Notes: generated by a model from the letters alone, not told the origin. Shown: positions 1 through 12,010, counted from the whole stretch's first letter. The stretch: DNA of 63,942 nucleotides, filler included, from Octopus bimaculoides (GCF_001194135.2; 5 parts of 5 records of this genome joined end to end with filler, not necessarily neighbours in it); one strand, 5' to 3'. Numbers and translations are program-made.

Positions 1-42
1 GTGTGTGTGTGTGTATACTTACATACATACATATTTGTACAC

Positions 43-248
43 GAGGTCAGAACAGTAGTGGACGAGTATTTTTCGTTACGGACAAGTGAATTTTGGAAGA
101 GGGGCCTTGCAAGTTTACCAGATAAATGGAAAAGCATTGTAGAAAACGAAAGAGAGTATATTTTTGACTAAAACAGAACTTTGTTTATCTTCATTTTGAA
201 AAATAAAAGAAGTATAAAGAACTCGCATTATTTATGGGATGACCCAAT
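43..248 (+). mobile_element. Mariner transposon 3' end (transposase C-terminus plus right TIR)
   Basis: 43-171 reads EVRTVVDEYFSLRTSEFWKRGLASLPDKWKSIVENEREYIFD*, matching the mariner C-terminal pattern (GI..LP.RW...VE..G.Y). It is followed by a TIR-like end ...GCATTATTTATGGGATGACCCAAT. Confidence 0.85.
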
Positions 249-1128
249 GTGACATATCTACAAACATACATACATGCACAGAAACACGCCTATATGCATG
301 CGTGAGTGTGTGCGTATGCGCGTGTTTTTGTGCATGTTACGTCACAGATATCAAAGTCAGCAATCTCACCAGCCCAGTCTGCTTGAAATACAAGTAGATC
401 AGGACTAATTAACTTGTGTGAAAGGATGGATGTTTCAATCTTTCAAATTTTATGTATTTCCAATTAAGATCGGAGCAAAAAGAAATAAACTCATTTCGTG
501 ATTTATTCGACAAATTTTGTTTGTAAATTTTCTTTTTCTTGGCCTTGGTTGAAATGGGTTTCAAATACAGAATCACGTATAAGGCAAAAGTTAAACCAGC
601 GAAGAAAGATACGACTGTGAGTAATAACAATACAGACGAGAGGTGTTAGACAATGCTTATCCCTTTCACCCTAAAATAAAATATCATTCAGATAGTATTA
701 ACTATTAGTTCAGTTACTCTCCTTTTTTACAGTTTGTTTTTACAGAAAATAGCCCATGTATCTTTTTGAGTGAATTCACTATTTGTATTCTTGGATCTGT
801 GGAAATCGTCACTGTCTATAATTTTGCGCCAGTTGTTTTCAAATTTGGTATATGGGTTAAGTTTTGTATACTAATTATGAAAATGAAAATCATTTTCCCT
901 ATACTCTCAAAATGAAAACGTTATTAGCCTCTAAAATTTGCAAAGTTTGGGTATTTTTAACCAATCAGAAACGAGTATTTTGCCCATCACCATGAAGTTC
1001 TGTTAGCATAGCAAGCAAAGAAGCATCACGTATATCTTAGCTGATTGCAGAGAACTTTGTTTCCACAGTAACCAAAGATGCTGCGCATGCGCACAAGGAG
1101 TGTAAACAAGGACAGCAAATGACACTCA

Positions 1129-1410
1129 GTTCTTCCAGGAACCACTATCTTCACTGACCTGTGGCGAGTTTATAATCATATCTCAGAAATCGTGGGCTAT
1201 GATTTCAAACATAAAATATAGCATTGAATTTATAAACTCAAAAGCTGGGACTCACACTCAACATATTGAGAGTACCTGGGCATCTTTAAAGCGTGGAAAC
1301 AAACACCGGTGTGGGACAACCGTTCCATGGTTGACTCTTATCTTTGTGAATTTATGTGGAGAAGGAGATATGAGAAAGATAATTTATTTTATAAAATCTT
1401 AGAGTGTAAT
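1129..1410 (+). mobile_element. Merlin/ISXO2 (IS1595-like) transposase remnant, frameshifted
   Basis: Across frames: VLPGTTIFTDLWRVYNH..GYDFKH / EFINSKAGTHTQHIESTWASLKR / SMVDSYLCEFMWRRR. These are the ISXO2-like motifs (PGT.I.SD.W..Y, HTQ.IES.W, YL.EFMWR). Confidence 0.85.
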
Positions 1411-1442
1411 TTTTTAAAACTAATAAATGTCTGCTTTAAGCA

Positions 1443-1690
1443 ATGTTTTGACTGTTATTTCTAGCAACTCATGTTGGTTTGCTCGTAGCTTCTAAATATT
1501 TAATTTACTCGTGAATGTTTTAGCGTTTTTCATTATTTTCACTGTTTACTTTGCTCGTGTGCATTTTAGTGTTTTGACTGTTATTTTTAGCAATTCCTGT
1601 TGGTTTGCTCGTAGCTTTTACATATTTGATTTGCTCGCGAATCTTTTAATGTTTTCCACTGTTTACTTTAGCTAGTTTATTGTTTTGACA
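1443..1690. repeat. Imperfect ~127-bp tandem duplication
   Basis: The unit TGTTTTGACTGTTATTT.TAGCAA.TC.TGTTGGTTTGCTCGTAGCTT... occurs at ~1443 and ~1570. Confidence 0.75.
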
Positions 1691-2610
1691 TGCTGGTGTC
1701 TATCCCAAATCCACCGCTTTCTCGCTACTGTGACAGATGATGGAAGAGGCAGCGAACGTGCTGTTTTCTAATTGGCTGAAAATTCTGAAAATTATCAAAC
1801 TTTAAACACCTGTAAACATTTTCGCAAATTGTTTTTAGAATAAATGAATAACAAATTCGGATTCAGCGTCAAAAATTACATCTATATGATACATTAAAAG
1901 AACTTTTTAAAGGTTTCGACATGCAGTGATGATAACCACAACGATTCGTGTTCTTTCGTTAGTCGATGCGATCAATTTTCAGGAATTCTGTTACATGATT
2001 TTCTCCATTTTTCTTTGATCGACTATCTAACTATTCAAATGCACTGAGTCCATAGCCTGTTTAGAAGTAATGCCCATATTGAGTAATAATCTCTTTCATT
2101 TGTGCTCTCGTTCATCTTTAGCCTACTTTTCTCTTTCCTCTCTGCCTTTGTATTCCACTTTCTTTGTGGAGCACAAAAACGAAGCGTTATAATTGTAACA
2201 TAAAATACTTCTTGAAAAAGATTGCATTAATAAATGTTTAATTTCTGTACTTCAATAACGCATATATTGCAATTGGCTGTAAATATTGTAATTTGCTGTA
2301 AATATCTCAATTTGACATTGAAATGAATTGAATGGAAAATTATTCGAAATTGAAGTCAATTTCAAATCAATTTCAAATATTCAGTTAAGGCGTGAGACGA
2401 AAATTTCTGTCCGTAAAACGAAATAAATCCACATTTCGATTTAATGCTTCAAAATAGTCTTTTTCAAATAGTTATTAGAATGAATCTTTTCTGCTGCTAT
2501 CACAGTTTTCAATTCTTTTAATTCGTTCCAATTGTTTTCAAATTTGGGGTACTGATGTAGATTTGTATGGTAATTATGGAAATGAAATTAATTTTTTTGC
2601 TATATCACAC

Positions 2611-3390
2611 GTTGTGATCGGTGGAATCCACTCAAGCCCGGCAAAAGTCACCAGTGGTGTCCCTCAGGGGACTGTCTTGGGTCCGCTCATCTTTATAGTC
2701 TATATAAACAACCTTTCCAGCGTCATGAAACACAGCAAAGTGACTACATGCTGTGAATCAATGGGCAAACAAAACCAAAATGCAACTAAGCGAGGGAAAA
2801 TTTGAGCTGATGCTTTTTGGAAGAAAGACTATGCTAAACAGCCATATTCTCTTCCTTCAAGGGAACCCCTCACAACATCTAATAATATCAGAGACCTAGG
2901 AGTAATTGTTGATAATATTCTCAGCTGGAGTGCCCACATCAACAATAAGGTCGATATAGCTTGTAGGATGAGTTCCTGGATCCTAAGAACCTTCCGGTCA
3001 GGAGATCAAAGTGTTATAATTTCTCTTTTCTCCTCCTTTGTACGGCCATACTTTGAATACTGCTTCCCCTTGTGGTCTTCCCACACAAAACAAAACATTT
3101 CGAAAAGTGAATCACCTCAGTGGTCATTTATTTAAAAGAATTAAGGGCATGACAGATCTCGATTATTGGGACCACCTTAAAGCATTGAAACTCTATTCCC
3201 TCCAGTGCTGCCGTGAGCGATACATCATTTGCACGATGTGAAGAATGTACTAACAGCATTACCGAAACGACTTCAGCATTAGCTTCAAATTTCATCCAAG
3301 AATAGAACCACGGCCATACGTCCCCTACCCAATTCAGGATCACAACATATAAATACACTGCAACACAATTTCTTCACCTCAACAGGAATG
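2611..3390 (+). mobile_element. CR1-group LINE, reverse transcriptase and C-terminal fragment (pseudogenised)
   Basis: SPAKVTSGVPQGTVLGPLIFIVYINNL, then RDLGVIVDNILSWSAHIN, FVRPYFEYCFPLWS and YWDHLKALKLYSLQ.RERY, with stops and frameshifts. Confidence 0.9.
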
Positions 3391-3391
3391 G

Positions 3392-3590
3392 TTCGTGTAA
3401 TGATGTGAGGTGTTGTTCAGTGAAGAATGAAGTGATTTTCTTTGGCATTATAACCATGGGGAAGACGCGTGGGCCTAGTTGTTATTGTGTAGCACGATGT
3501 GCTTTTGAGTAAAAAACCTCATTTCCCGTTGCTCCACTCCACTCAGCTGTAAATGAGTAACCATGGAAACCATCCCTATGAGTTGTAGGA
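3392..3590 (+). mobile_element. Degraded SINE (family C, central-domain type)
   Basis: CGCGTGGGCCTAGT head remnant and TTGCTCCACTCCACTCAGCTGTAAATGAGTA; a related segment is at 27950-27990. Confidence 0.55.
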
Positions 3591-4506
3591 CTCAAAACTG
3601 CATACTTCTGTATTAGGACCATGAAATATTTTCTTTAATAATTAATTAATATTTTAATTTTTGATCAATATTTTAAATTTATTGTAAATGGGATTTGTAT
3701 TATTACAGTGATGTATGTGATTAATTTTAGACTGTATTTTATATACCTTTCAAAACGAAAAGCTAACTTTTTAAAGGAAATTTCTGGAAAGATTTTAAAA
3801 AAAAATTAAGAATTTTTAAAAAAGAATTGAAAAAAAAAATTATTTTAAAGAAGTTTTTTGGAATGGTTTAGACACATTTAAGAATTTTTAGCACAGAATT
3901 TCGCGAATATTTAGCAAATGTTTTATAAAATCATTTAAAAAATTACTTCTAAAACTCTACTCCTTGTCACCAAATCATTTTTACATCAGCAGTACACCTT
4001 AAGAATTACATCTTAACAATTATCCTTCGATAACATTTAAACATTTTTTTAATAATTAGCTTTCGACAAATTTCATAAATTATCTTTCGATAAAACTCGC
4101 ACGTTGAAACGCCTAACAAAGCAATCAACACATCACCATTTTGACATAATCCGGTTAAAAAAAAAAAAAAGAACACATCCCAAATTCTCATTCAGCGATG
4201 ATATCATATCGCAGATTAACCGTCACCTATTTTCAGCAAAATCCACATCTAAAAAGTTTCTAAAATAAAACAAATTTCTGAAATACAGAAGTAAAATAAA
4301 ATAATAAGAACTAAAAAAAAAAAAGCAAAAACAAAAAAAAAAAACTATCTAACATACAGTACATAAAAAAAAATAACAGCAAACCATGGTTAGAAAGAGC
4401 ACTCACTTTGCAATGCATTAAAATATTTTTTAACGATTACATAACAGAATATTTCAAGGTCATTGAAATAATAAAAAAAATCTCATTACTGTTCTCTAAA
4501 CAATAA

Positions 4507-4730
4507 AAATTATTGGTTTCAAATTTTGTCACAAGCCCAGCAATTCCAGAGGTGGGTTTAAGTCGAATACATTGTCCCCAGTACTCAACTGGTACTTATT
4601 TTAACGACTCCCGCCCGAAAGGATGAATGCAAAGTGAACTTCGGCAGAGTTTAAACTCAGAACGCTAGGACAGATAAAATACCTCTAAGCATTTTGCCCT
4701 GCGTCATAACGATTCTGCCAGCTCGCCGCC
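4507..4730 (-). mobile_element. SINE family B (tRNA-derived head GGCGGCGAGCTGGCAGAA)
   Basis: Reverse complement of the family sequence with a B-box-like GAGTTTAAACTC and a TTCATCCTTTCGGG core; many paralogues in the window. Confidence 0.8.
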
Positions 4731-5167
4731 ATACTAAGCTATCCTTCCATCTTGTTCGGATTGTTTTTCCTGGGTTAATAAAAAAAAAAAAAGGAAACAA
4801 AAGCCAGAACAAAAAAGCAAAAAAGCAATCCCCCCCCACCACAAAAAAAAACAAACAAAAAACACGTATACTGATTTGATTTTATTGCTTGACAATATTT
4901 GAAAAAACTAAAAAGGAAGCATCTAATTAATTAATTAATATTTGCTGTTTAAATATAAGAACAGCATTTCTTAGTGAGCTATGGACCATATTTTCGGCAT
5001 TCGTAGCTCATGAGGCGTAATTACGCAGAAATACGTGTCGTAGGGTCCGATGATTGCACGACACTCGCATATATATGTTTTCACATATATACATAGTCTA
5101 TAACTGCCGAGACAATTTTGGCACTGAAGATCTTTTTATGTTTGAGTGTACACAGATTTATTAAGTA

Positions 5168-5468
5168 CAGTAATCCCTCGACTATCGCGGGTGTTACGTT
5201 CCAAAACACACCGCGATAAATGGAAATCCGTGAAGTAGAAATAGTACTGTACTGTATTAAACATTTTTTTTATAATTTGTATATATTTATTTTATTATAA
5301 ATGTAAAACAAAACCACAGAGGAATCGACGTAACCTTAAAAATAAACCGTGATAGGTGAACCGCGATAGGTGAACCGCGATAGGTGAATTGCGATAGGTG
5401 AACCGCGATAGGTGAACCACGATAGGTGAACCGCGATAGGTGAACCGCGATATGGCGACGGATTAATG
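5168..5468. mobile_element. Tigger/pogo-like MITE with TA target duplication
   Basis: Imperfect TIRs CAGTAATCCCTCGACTATCGCGG / CCGCGATATGGCGACGGATTAATG, flanked by TA at 5166-5167 and 5469-5470. Confidence 0.8.
5347..5452 (+). repeat. 14-bp minisatellite (GATAGGTGAACCGC) x~7.5 inside the MITE
   Basis: Units start at 5351, 5365, 5379, 5393, 5407, 5421 and 5435. Confidence 0.95.
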
Positions 5469-5674
5469 TATAACTGAAAATATCTATATTTTAATCGTCA
5501 TGATGTGGTCCTATCATCTAATATGATAAATGCGAAAACTAATTTCTGTGTGTCAGTGTGTCACACGTTTCCTCTTCTGCCATTTATTGTTTACACACAC
5601 ACACATACACACACAGTATGAAAACATCAAATGAAATAGACGTGTGTGTGTTTGTGGGGGGGAGGAGAAGGGTT

Positions 5675-5743
5675 GTGTTGTCATGTATACATACGTACAT
5701 AAGTAAATATGCATACATCATTTTTGTATGTGTGTGCGCGTGT

Positions 5744-5775
<32 letters not shown>

Positions 5776-6110
5776 AAGTGAGAGAGAGAGAGAGAAAGAG
5801 AGAGAGAGATAGAAAGAGAGAGAGAGAGTGAGTGAGTGCCACTTAGACATCACACTCTCCCTCACTATCTCTCTGTTTCTTTCTCTCTATCTCTTTGTCT
5901 GTCTCTCTCTCTCACACACACGCACACATACATACAAAAAAGATGTATGCATATGTATTTATGTATATACGTATACATGGCATCACGCCCCTTGACTGAC
6001 TCACTCTCTCTCTCTTTCTCTCTCACACTCTCTTTCTCTCTCACTCTCTCTTTCACTCTCACTCTTTCACTCTCTCTTTCTCTCTTTCTCTCTCTCTCAC
6101 ACAAACACAC
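5675..6110. repeat. GA/CT microsatellite region with an inverted duplication
   Basis: 5677-5750 is the approximate reverse complement of 5905-5985; the GA and CT tracts lie between them. Confidence 0.75.
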
Positions 6111-6189
6111 ACACATACATAAATGTATACAAACGTACATACAAACACGCAGTGACCATGGCAACCGTAGATCCAACTTCTTTGAGGAC

Positions 6190-6950
6190 GAGAGTCAGAG
6201 AGTGGTTTCCGCAGTGTATAAAGTATGTACCACGAAACATGTCATTTAATCTCTTTTGTATATCTGAAATGTTTCCGCTCATGATAAATGCACCATCAAA
6301 GGCAAAAGCAGCATAATTTTGAGCCAAGCGAAATGTTTAGGTAACAGAAAACATCCAGAATAACTTTAGTCAGTGTCTCGGAAGTATGGCCAGGGGGGTT
6401 AAAAAAGCTGAGAAAATCTTCGTAGACATCCTGGTTTTCAGAAACCTTACGACAATAACTGATTCTTGTTCCATGCCAGAGCAATCACATATAACATCAA
6501 TAAAGATTGCATCTTCAACAATTTTTCTGATCTCATCTAGGGTGTTATGAGCACAAGCATCCAAGATTTCATTTTGTATGGTATCAGGTAGGAATTTAAC
6601 ACATCTTTTTTGAGATTTACAAAGTCTTTCGTAACAAGTGTTAACTTTCTCTTCGAAGATGGAACTAGTAACTTCTTTTATCTTTTACTAAGGATATTCC
6701 TTAATTCTCTTAGCATAAAAGTGCTAACCACAATTCTCTTTCCATAAATTCATTCTTTAATTCCTCGACGAACTGATAACTACTAATATCCTTTATAATA
6801 ATATTTCTTAATCCTTTCTCTCTAAAGACGGTATAGTTGGCTTACATGGAAATCTTTGTCCAATGACATACAATTCACATGCTCAGCTATTCTAGAAACA
6901 ACTGTAAGAAAATTGACGTATTATTTGATAATCCCTTGCTTACTATAACT
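6190..6950 (-). mobile_element. hAT transposase remnant (ZMYM1/DUF4371-like type)
   Basis: Minus-strand fragments EIRKIVEDAIFIDVICD..EQESVIVVRF, VYEDFLSFF...TSETLTKVILD and FDGAFIMSG...IQKRL...YFIHCGNHSLTLVLKE; multiple frameshifts. Confidence 0.85.
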
Positions 6951-7556
6951 ACTCTACAATTATGCTTGAATTATAAATTACATGCTCTAAAGTGATACCA
7001 CATGTTTTACTTGTTCATCTCTCTCTCTAATTTATATCTACCAGTCGAATTATGAACCACTTATAATCATCTTTGATAGGCAGCTTCAACAATACCTTAG
7101 ATTCAGCTGTTATTATCGAACGCGACGCGTCCATTTGCAAGTAAGTTTCAACTGCATATACATATATATACATAAATATACATATATATATATACATATA
7201 CATACATATATATATACATATTTATCATGGAGCTGTCAGGTATACATTCATATTGGGGTGGTCAGTGGGAAAGAAAGCAGTGATGCTTCACTAACTCGAG
7301 TAGTAGTAGAGGTAATGATAGTAGGAGTAGAATAGGATGACAATGGTGATGATGGATCTATAGTGTTACTCTGAGAATTTGAGTGGCCTGACTGTGGAGA
7401 AGAGCTAGGGACCGTGTTGTTCAGCAGGTCATCAATTGTTCCAGTATAGAAGAGTGACTTCCAGTGCTGATCTTGTTGTTGCTATTATTTAGTTGTGTAA
7501 AGGTAGTAGCAGTAGAACATGATGATAATGATGATCATGGGCCAGTTATGGTATTC

Positions 7557-7758
7557 TGTTATAATCCTTAAAATGTTGGATTGTTATAACGCCCTTTTCG
7601 GTATACAGTAAACTCAGTAAAACCAGTAAAGACACGACTATCCCTGACTGTCTACTGCGTACTCTGGTAGTTCACGTACTTCCCGTTACTTATAGTGAGT
7701 AGGTTATTTCATTCGTCACTTGGGAGGGGTGTACCATAATTTCTAATTTCCTAAAACA
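7557..7758 (-). repeat. 3' LTR of the Gypsy element
   Basis: On the minus strand it starts TGTTTTAGG directly after the polypurine tract (7759-7770) and ends TATAACA; homologous to 11302-12010. Confidence 0.9.
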
Positions 7759-7837
7759 TCTCCCCTTTTAGGGTTTTCTTAGGAATTTCAACCATGTTTC
7801 GTGGTCTGCTACCACAACAGCTCCTTNNNNNNNNNNT

Positions 7838-8767
7838 ATACGAGAGTCTGCAGCAATATCAAAAGATCTGGCTTTAAGGATGCTTTCTTGTTCTTTTTAT
7901 GAAGTGTCCTATCCATTATGCCCCAGAGGTGCTCAGTAGGGTTCATATCTGGTGATTGGCTTAGCCATGAAAGCTTTTTAGTGCCATTCTCTTCCAACAA
8001 ATCTGGGGTCATTTTAGCCGTGTGACATTTTAGCCGTCTTCCACAATAAAGAGTCTTCTTTAATTATTTCACCAATTGAGAAGATTGGAAGGAATCCTTT
8101 CTGCAATGTCGATATATATTTATCTGAGTTTATGTTTTCATCACACTCCACCACCTCTGATTCACATTGCTCCAAATTGCTCCCCAGACCATCACAGAAT
8201 AGCTGCCATGTTCCATTGTTGGCTACAATCTTTGCACCTGAAATTCATGATCACAGAGTCTCCAGACCCACACTCGACCACTTTCAGAAAATACAGCAAA
8301 CCTGGACTCATTGGAGAATATAACAGTATCTCAAATTGCTAGTGGTCTCTCCACCATCTCTATGGCCCAATCTTTTCTCCGCTTGATATTGGCTGGTTGT
8401 AGAGGTGGCTTACGTCTTGCTGCTCTGCCATAGCAACCAAGTTTGTAGAGATACCTGACAGCTGTTCTGGGACTGATACCAACTTGTTCTGCTATAGGGC
8501 CCTGGTCAACCTGGACGAGTTGATGTAGACTCCTTCCCCTCTCTGGTGAAGTGCACAATCACTCTATTAATTGTAGAAAGCGGTATCTCAAGGTTTTCTG
8601 CAATTTCAGAATGACCGACAGTACGACCTCTTTGAAATTCAGACAATTGCAAAGTTTCTCTTGTACTTGGCATGATTAAGCAGTCACGTATAGAAGCTGA
8701 AAGATAGAAATGTCAATAAAAAATATAAACCAAGTTGGGGTGTCTATTTACTTCTGTTATGCCTGTG
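7838..8767 (-). mobile_element. Tc1-family transposon (near-complete degraded transposase plus 5' TIR)
   Basis: ATG at 8673; [60 protein letters not shown] and SQSPDMNPTEHLWGIM. TIR-like CAGGCATAACAGAAGTAAATAGACACCCC. Confidence 0.9.
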
Positions 8768-9029
8768 TGCGTGTATATATGCATATATATATATAGTAAC
8801 AAAAAGGGAGGAATTTCGATTATCTCCACGTGGTGAGTTGTAATGCAAAAATATATATATAAAATCAAAGAAAGAAATTGCACCCACTTTACATAGTTTT
8901 AATATATTTTTAAATATATTTTATATTGTTTGTCGACTAGTTTCGCTTTCGCTAATCATAACACTGAAATTATTGTAATTTCGTATTTTCTTAAGAATAT
9001 TTTAATCTGTGTTGTGTGTAAAAAAGTTT

Positions 9030-9635
9030 GTGAATGAATGAATGATTCAGCAAATAGAAAAAATCTAAGGTGTTGGGTGCATGTCTTCTTGGGTGCAGCA
9101 TCAACGAGTGTCAGCGTCCGACTGATCGTCATGTCAAATTCCCCTTTTTATATCTGCTGCTAGGCTCCAGCAGGCAGCCCCAGCTAGTTGTCCCATGACA
9201 CTGTCTAAACGTCCCGCTGCTAGGCTCCAGCATGTAGCCCCAGCAAGTTGTCACATGACACTGTCTGAACCTTAACTGACAATGGAGGGCGCGAAGCCAC
9301 TTCAGTGTCAGCCTGTCTCACCTAGACATGTTATGACTTTCAAGCCATATTCGGTCTTCCCGCTTCACCCATATATAGAAGCTGGCTTTTTCGACCGCCT
9401 CATGTATCCTCCTTATCAGTTTTCTCAGTTCCGAGTTTGAAAACGCAAATCTTCTCTTGAATAGCGTTGTCATTTTTCTTTCAATGAAGCCTCTAGCCCC
9501 CACTGCCAGATGGTAGTACTCGACAGTCCATCCCTGTTCTCTGCACTCTTCGATTAGTTTTTCATATCTCTTCTCCTTTCGTTTCTCTGCATTGTCGATG
9601 TTTTCTTCCCATGGTACTGTCATGTTATTTAGCAA
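9030..9635 (-). mobile_element. 5'-truncated RLE-type non-LTR retrotransposon (HERO-like), endonuclease domain plus 3' UTR
   Basis: MTVPWEENIDNAEKRKEKRYEKLIEECREQGWTVEYYHLAVGARGF...AVEKASFYIWVKR matches the (E)LTVPWE..RK..KY..L..C...GW...EVG.RGF restriction-like endonuclease pattern. Confidence 0.85.
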
Positions 9636-9639
9636 TAAT

Positions 9640-10872
9640 TTTTTTATTCATCGTACATCTATTGTTAAAGTTTTTTCGTACAATTTAATATTTTTTTTGC
9701 GCTTGACATCTAGTTTGCCTTTTTCGTTTGACCTTGAAATGTTACATTACATACGAATTCACCGAAAAAATATAATCTTTTCCCCCTAAGACCATGTACT
9801 ACCTTCTTCGATCTAATCAATTTCGGCTTACCGATCTATTTCCAAGTCTTTTTGTTTATAATGGTGATATCACTACCAATGTTCAACTGCATTTTAACAC
9901 TTGTATTTCTGATTTTTACTTTTACAAATTTCCTCATCGTTATATTACTAATTTCTTCCGATGACATACTACTTTTTTTTTTTCCTTTGTTCTGATGTTT
10001 TGTCGTCTTCGTTCTACAATGCTTCTTTATATGTCCTATATTTCCACAACAAAAGTATTCCGCTTTTTTAAATGGACAATTTTTCCTCAGGTGTATACCT
10101 CTACGTGCACAACATGGATTTATTTTCCTGATTTTTGTCGTGTTTTAGAAAACGCTTTATCTCACTTCTGACTATTTCGCACTTGCTTTACTTGGATACA
10201 ATCTTTACGTTCGATTTCCTCTATGCTGTGACTTAATTTGACTATCCTTTCACACCCTTCTGACACTTGTAGGGTCACATCCTAGTTTTGTTCCAGTTTA
10301 GCGAGAATTCTAGTTCTAACTTCTACGTCATTTTCTGCGTTAATTCGTCCAACTTAAACTTCTCACACACCCTGTTTACTCGACCAGCATGTGATAAAGT
10401 CTTTGTCGTTGTTTTTCTCTATGTTCAGACACTTCCAACGTGTGTTGAACAATGAGCTTTTTTCACTAAAAAGTTTACACAATATATCTATTGTGTTATT
10501 AAAGTTTATATCAGAAGGTTTTCTTGGGAGTACATAATTGCTGTAACACTCACGTTCTCCTGCCGCCAGTTTTCTTAAGATTAAATGCGTTTTCATCTCG
10601 TCGTCCCAATCTTTACATTCTTTATCGAAGGTTTGCTCATATCTTCTGTAGTATACTTTGAAGATAACTCCTTCGTCAGGTTCGTATTTGAACTCTGTTA
10701 TGGAGTTCGTGACATAGTCTGGCGAGAACACTTTTTATCACTTTCCTGACGAATTCAGTAATTATAACATTTGTTGTTGCTTCTGTTGTTGTTCTTGCAG
10801 TTGTATTTGCCGGTGTTGTTGTTCTCTCAGCTGTTTTTGCAACTCGAGTAAACCTGCCAACGATTTTTCCAT
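9640..10872 (-). pseudogene. Gypsy gag and protease remnant
   Basis: MEKSLAGLLELQKQ..QQQ; FSPDYVTNSITEFKYEPDEG...FSEKSSLFNTRWKCL; knuckles C..RGIHLRKNC and YFCCGNIGHIKKHC; protease VKMQLNIGSDITII (catalytic DTG mutated). Confidence 0.9.
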
Positions 10873-10969
10873 ACTTTTACGATTTTTCGTAAAATTCGTA
10901 AACCAACTTTGTGAGCTTATTAACTCCTCTTCGAGTTTCTATTAACTTCACGTGAATTGGTTTACTCTC

Positions 10970-11202
10970 TTATTTCTTTATTGCCCACAGGGGGCTAAAC
11001 GTAGAGGGGACAAACAAGGACATACAAAGGGATTAAATCGATTACACCGATCCCAGTGCGTAAGTGATACTTAATTTATCGACCATGAAAGGATGAAAAG
11101 CAAAGTCGACCTCGGCGGAACTTGAACTCAGAATGTAACGGCAGACGAAATACCGCTAAGCATTTCGCCGACGCGTTAACGTTTCTGCCAGCTCGCCGCC
11201 TT
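10970..11202 (-). mobile_element. SINE family B, full length, in the Gypsy leader
   Basis: 15-bp TSD AATTGGTTTACTCTC at 10955-10969 and 11203-11217. Confidence 0.9.
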
Positions 11203-11290
11203 AATTGGTTTACTCTCGTCGAGTTTGTTATTCCTCGGGAGTTGTTAAGATCCTCGCGAGTTGTAAAAATTCCCGTGAGGTGTTTAAATC

Positions 11291-11301
11291 CTCGTCGCCA
11301 C
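11291..11301 (-). promoter_or_regulatory. Primer-binding site, complementary to a tRNA 3' end ...CCUCGUCGCCA (tRNA-Ser(GCU)-like)
   Basis: TGGCGACGAGG begins one base after the LTR end on the minus strand. Confidence 0.75.
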
Positions 11302-12010
11302 TGTTATAATCCTTAAAATGTTGGATTGTTATAACGCCCACTTCGGCATACAGTATACTTAGCAAGACCAGTAAAGACATGACTATCTCTGACCGCTTGC
11401 TACGTACTCTAGTACTTCACGTACTTCTCTTTACTTATAGTGAGTAGGTCAGAGGTTCCCAAACTATGAGTCGCGACCCACTGATGAGTTGCGAACGGAA
11501 TCCTAGTGGGTCGCAAAAAGTTATAAAATTACTCATTAGCTTTGATTAACTGCTGTCTATCGAGATAATTCAAGACTCATTTTTTCAATACCAGACGGGT
11601 TGTACCCAATCATTTCCACCGAAGCATTAAAAGTACTTCTCCCTTTCGCATGATCTTATAATTGTGAAGCTGGATTTTCAGCAATGGTTGGGATTAAAAG
11701 CAAATTTCGAAATAAACTGCAGCTCTCAAATTCTTTACGGCTGAAATTATCACGCATTGAACTTGATGTTAATTCTATTATTGAGCGTAGCAAGAAACAG
11801 GCTCTTCCTTCTCACAGGCCTCAATGAAAATGTAATCTGAAATAAATATGTTTCTTTCATTAATGTTTGTACCCAGTAGAGTTAAGTGGGTTGCCATAAA
11901 CTGGTGTCATAAATAATGGCTCGCGTCCTAAAAAGTTTGGGAACCACTGGAGTAGGTTATTTCATTGTCACGTGGGAGGGATGTACTATTATTACTGATT
12001 CCCTACAACA
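11302..12010 (-). repeat. 5' LTR of the Gypsy element, interrupted by a hAT insertion
   Basis: Matches 7557-7758 once 11450-11957 is removed. Confidence 0.9.
11450..11949 (+). mobile_element. hAT (Charlie/Buster-like) non-autonomous element
   Basis: TIRs CAGAGGTTCCCAAACT / AGTTTGGGAACCACTG, 8-bp TSD GAGTAGGT, and internal ALKVLLPFA*SYNCEAGFSAMVGIKSKFRNKL...KQALPSH (hAT C-terminal dimerisation region). Confidence 0.92.

Larger units (their letters stand above)
7557..12010 (-). mobile_element. Gypsy (Mag/K02A2.6-like) LTR retrotransposon, internally deleted, with nested insertions
   Basis: Two ~200-bp TG...CA LTRs (7557-7758; 11302-12010 including a 508-bp insert), 5-bp TSD TATTC (7552-7556 and 12011-12015), PBS TGGCGACGAGG, PPT AAAAGGGGAGA, and gag, zinc-knuckle and protease remnants. 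Confidence 0.9.

Noticed and set aside
409-630. 73-aa minus-strand ORF with a hydrophobic segment followed by a Lys-rich tail
   Set aside because: It looks membrane-anchor-like, but no family is recognisable and this composition is expected from T-rich DNA. RNA-seq would be needed.
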